Below are positions 54,054-57,763 of a DNA stretch of 57,763 nt, in pieces. The notes under the pieces were generated by a model. That model made no database searches, was not told the origin of the DNA, and saw only the letters and a program-made list of their open reading frames with translations. Location: positions 62,001 to 119,763 of the forward strand of contig JYFJ02000606.1 of the NCBI GenBank assembly GCA_000934665.2, read 5' to 3'. Positions within the stretch are counted from its first letter, which is position 1; every line of letters starts with the position of its first letter. The position numbers and the translations under genes were made by a program. Source of the DNA: Catajapyx aquilonaris (taxonomy: Eukaryota).

Positions 54054-54626
54054 TACTTGAATAGACCTGATGTTGTAAGGGCAGGAAAAAATGTGGCAAA
54101 AACTAGTGGTTTCAGGTTCTTCAGATTTTACAGGAAACGCAGACATTTTTGGTGCTAATTAGGAAAAACCGCATTTATACTATTGGCGACTACAGTAAGA
54201 AACTTTTTCATTTGATAACTAGTTTGGTTTAGCTAATGAAAAATGTCATTCGCTTATTTCATTTGTAACATGCCATAGTGTGTTACAAATCAAATTAATC
54301 GGTTTTGTATTCTGAAGTGGGTCTGATGATGGCGTTTTAACATGAACTCGTATGTTGAATAATTTTATAAAACTCGCCAAAAAATGACTGGAAAACTTGC
54401 CTGACTACTCCTTGGTCAAGGGAATCATCGCAGAAACCTATGGCTTTCATGATTCGATCCTTGAATATAGCTATATCCTTCGTGGATTCACCTAGAAATT
54501 CAGGCGTGACTGACAGTGAAATACTCATTTCGTACAGTTCTTGATGCAGAAATAAAATTTGCATATATTTCAACATGCGAAATCAGTAATAACTGATAAA
54601 GGACATGAAAAGGAAAAGCATCTTCG

Positions 54627-54862
54627 GAAAAGTCCAGCGGCTAGCAGAAAAATTAGGTTAACCTAAAAAAGCAGTATTTTCAAAAATAGTGCTTTTTTAG
54701 GTTAACCTAATTTTTCTGCTAGCCGCTGAACTTTTCTAACCTAAAAAAGCAGTATTTTCAAAAATACTGGCCTAGTATTTTTGAAAATACTGCTTTTTTA
54801 GGTTAACTTAATTTATGACAATTTTAACTAACAGCTTTTCGGAAAAGCTGTTAGCCAAAATT
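54627..54862. repeat. Three consecutive palindromes sharing a core unit
   Basis: P1 is 54627-54736 (110 bp, near perfect), P2 is 54737-54805 (69 bp) and P3 is about 54820-54862 (core CTAACAGCTTTTC-G-GAAAAGCTGTTAG). The unit TAACCTAAAAAAGCAGTATTTTCAAAAATA occurs directly at 54659 and 54737 and is inverted in both P1 and P2. Confidence 0.9.
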
Positions 54863-55508
54863 TCCGGCACGTAGATTGTCATGTGAGAAAATGCATGTAT
54901 TTCTCTACAATGCCAGAATATTGTAACATAATGAAGAGTTACGCACAACAAACTAAAAAAGTCATGCAGTCTGTTGTTATGTCACGCGGTGGAGTGAGAT
55001 TTTAATGGCTTTAAAAAATCTCATGATGATTAAAACTCATTATTATTCCTCACAGCCCTCTAAAATTCCCTGCAACGATTTATAGATTCTCAAACTCGAC
55101 ACACGCATCCCCCCCCAAGGGTTGGTGACCTGCTCCAAAAACAATTTTAGTGTCCCCCCAACTAGCCCAGTTTGTGTCCCCTTCCACCCTAGTACAGTAC
55201 TAACATAAAGATCCCTAGTGACCCAAAGTGGCATTAGGAAGGAGGCAAGGGAGAAGCCACCCTCCCCAAGTGCTAATCTTTAAAAGGATATTTCCAGGAC
55301 CAATGGTTGGGGCCATCCCTGGAGAAAGATTATTATTTGTCCCCGTGGAGACATCGCAGTAAAAGACCTTCCTTCCTCATAACCTTTAACAGGGTAGATT
55401 TTCAGTCCCACCAATTTTTAAAAATTTCTAATTCCTTTTGCTTACTGCAGGACTCACGTTATGGTATTTGCTATGATATGGAAATTATTCATTTTTGGCA
55501 TGTGGGTG

Positions 55509-55559
55509 GGATGGGCCCCTCTTGCAACCAGTAGTACTGGTTGCAAGAGGGGGCCATCC
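55509..55559. repeat. 51-bp near-perfect palindrome
   Basis: GGATGGGCCCCTCTTGCAACCAGTA-G-TACTGGTTGCAAGAGGGGGCCATCC: 25-bp arms, 1 mismatch, 1-nt centre. Confidence 0.92.
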
Positions 55560-56661
55560 AGCACCTCAATATTGTGAATTCTGGGAACTAGTCCGATTCC
55601 CTGTGGTCGGAACTCGCATTCAGAATTCTCCAGTCCGATGCAAGGTGTTGGGGTCAACATCAGGACTTGACCGTCTAAACGTACTTTAAACGGGGTTGTG
55701 TACAATACGAGACCCCGAAAGCAGCTATTGCAACAATATATTGATGAAACGACGCACGCTTGTCAATATCATGGCACTAACAATCGTATAGAACCATGGA
55801 CTCGCTGGTTTCTACATGGCCCATCTCCCTTATCCTTTAACACCTATGGTTAGTGGTATTCCAGTCCTGGCGCAAATAAGACTGGTCTCATCAAGCGGCC
55901 TGTTACCAGGTTCGTTTTAACCTCCGAGGTAAAGCTCAGCGGGGGTTAAATTCGACCCCTCACTTGATTGGCTTCACTTTGTACGGGTGGAGAGCTGTTA
56001 AGCAACAGGTGATGGGTGAGGTTATGCGAAATTAATGAATTAACAGAGGGGCGTGTGCTTTGGGAGGGGAGGAGGATGAGGACGTGGGGGTAAAGTTTTC
56101 CTAGAAACCCTCCGAGAGCGTGAGTGTCATAGGATAATTTGCTCTCAGGCACAAGTCTGTAATGCATCTAGTTAGCGTACAACTCAAATGGCGCCATGCA
56201 CTGAAGTACTCTGAATAATTCATGCCGGCCCGCATTCTGAACTTGTCCGTTGCCAACTGTTTATCTTTTGCACAGGTACCATGAACAAGTACTTAACTCG
56301 CGGTGTTATTCTTTCATGTAGGTGCACCCAACTACCAGGTGCATAATTACGAGAGCTAATGTCCACAACTATTAACAGAATATATTTGTACGCCTCGGAT
56401 GAGTTGTCAGACATTGTTATTGACATTGTGCTCCAATTTTCGACTGCTTGTTATCTTAGTGCAACACCAGTGGTGACGTGACGGGTGTAAATATTAGCAA
56501 TGTCTAGCGGCGGTCTTTTTTTGCACTTTGCCATTAGTAAAAATTGGTTGCAAATTTTGCTATTCAACGCAAATATTTGGGAGACATTTTTCTGGTGAAA
56601 ATCAACAACACCATTTGATTTTAATCGTGACTAAAATTTGTGGAAAATATATTTTTAAATG

Positions 56662-56774
56662 CCAAGTGCCAAACGCGCTCGAGACGTGGTCATGATTAGC
56701 TCGATTAGTCATACAGTGTAAAATGAGCCGAAATGGTGCATGTCATGATCACGCTCGAGCGTGTCTCTACTGTA
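56662..56774. mobile_element. Tigger/pogo-type MITE remnant (about 110 bp)
   Basis: Left ACGCGCTCGAGACGTGGTCATGA (from 56673) against the reverse complement of the right side, ACACGCTCGAG-CGTGATCATGA. The right terminus reads TACAGTAGAGACACGCTCGAGCG on the minus strand, a TA+CAGTAG end typical of Tigger/pogo elements. The outer left end is decayed. Confidence 0.55.
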
Positions 56775-57763
56775 CATAGCTATTGATAATAATTAATTCC
56801 TTGCACAGTAGGCTTAAGTACAATGTGCAACATGATATCTGAAGCAATATTTATGTCACACAATGTAGCTGATTACAGTGTCAAGCAACCTGGTGACAAC
56901 ATTTGGATAATTAAATATGACACTCCAGTTAGAAGGCATTGAATACAGTAAAATGACAACTGAAGCTATCACATGCACGTGATGCGAGCTACAGTGCTGA
57001 CTTAGAAACGCCAGCTAGAAAATCTGGCCAGGATTTTTTCAAAAAAAGCAAAACAATGCTCGTCACCTGTCAGCACGCTAAAGCTACAGTACTCTGCTGC
57101 ACCTGAGATTAGAGAAGGTAAAAGACCAACAGAGAGTATATCCTTTCCTGAGATCAATGCGGAGAAGCTGCGTAATGTACACATAATATTTGGGTCAGAG
57201 GATATGGAGCAAGAGGTCATAAACTACAGACGATGTTTAGTAACGATCCAGTGCCATATGTGACTGGCAGCTGGCAATCACTGGGGGCGATGGAAGTATC
57301 GTAGGCTGTATCAGGCACATACGAGTGTAGTGTAATGCACATTTTGGTAAGGCGAATTGTTTATTTGTTATTTTCAAAAATGAGGTTGATGGTCCCTTCC
57401 GATGTTCACATCGCTGGTCGTGCAAAATCAAGAGACCTCGACGTTGACCTGCCAATGGCAGAGTTGCCCGTAAACAACCGGTCGCGTCGTTTGTCAAAAA
57501 TAATGGGGGCGCAGTGCTGAACGGCACGAAAACAACGTTGAAGGAAATAAAAGTGGTTACAGTACACAGTAGCCCAGTAAAGTAGTAGAACACGTGTGTT
57601 CCAATTAAAATTTTTAGGAGTTTGTTCACACGAAGCTCATTTTTTTAAGCAGCAATTTTTAGGTGCTACATCAAATAATTATTGTATGATAATATTAAAC
57701 TGAATAAAATAATGCATGAGGGTACATGTCTAATCACTCTACAATTAGCAACTACTATTTTGA

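Noticed and set aside
55841..55925. tRNA or tRNA-derived SINE (TGGTTAGTGG A-box-like, GGTTCG B-box-like)
   Set aside because: There is no acceptor stem or cloverleaf, the B box is degenerate, and no second copy occurs in the window.
57005..57261. 85-codon open plus-strand frame (KRQLENLARIF...EQEVINY)
   Set aside because: It has no recognisable domain, convincing start or splice sites.

Overview
This is eukaryotic, probably arthropod, genomic DNA that is almost entirely non-coding. The only host gene I can support is a minus-strand Dpr-family (defective proboscis extension response) gene with two Ig domains, most similar from recall to Drosophila dpr20. It can be rebuilt from five coding exons (52985-52765, 45544-45331, 43465-43288, 37332-37196, 32327-32224). 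All have canonical GT-AG boundaries with mutually consistent phases (1/0/1/2/1), giving 283 in-window residues: a His-rich linker, Ig1, Ig2 and a GPI-type hydrophobic tail. The start and signal-peptide exon was not found and probably lies beyond 57763. The rest is intron and intergenic DNA containing decayed transposon fragments (a pogo/DDE_1-like transposase and a probable CR1/L2-like LINE), several small TIR/hairpin MITE-like elements and microsatellites. The most unusual structure is a dense cluster of long, partly nested palindromes at about 53.7-56.8 kb. I found no rRNA, tRNA, CRISPR array or prokaryotic system. Almost all ORFs in the supplied track appear to be chance ORFs.
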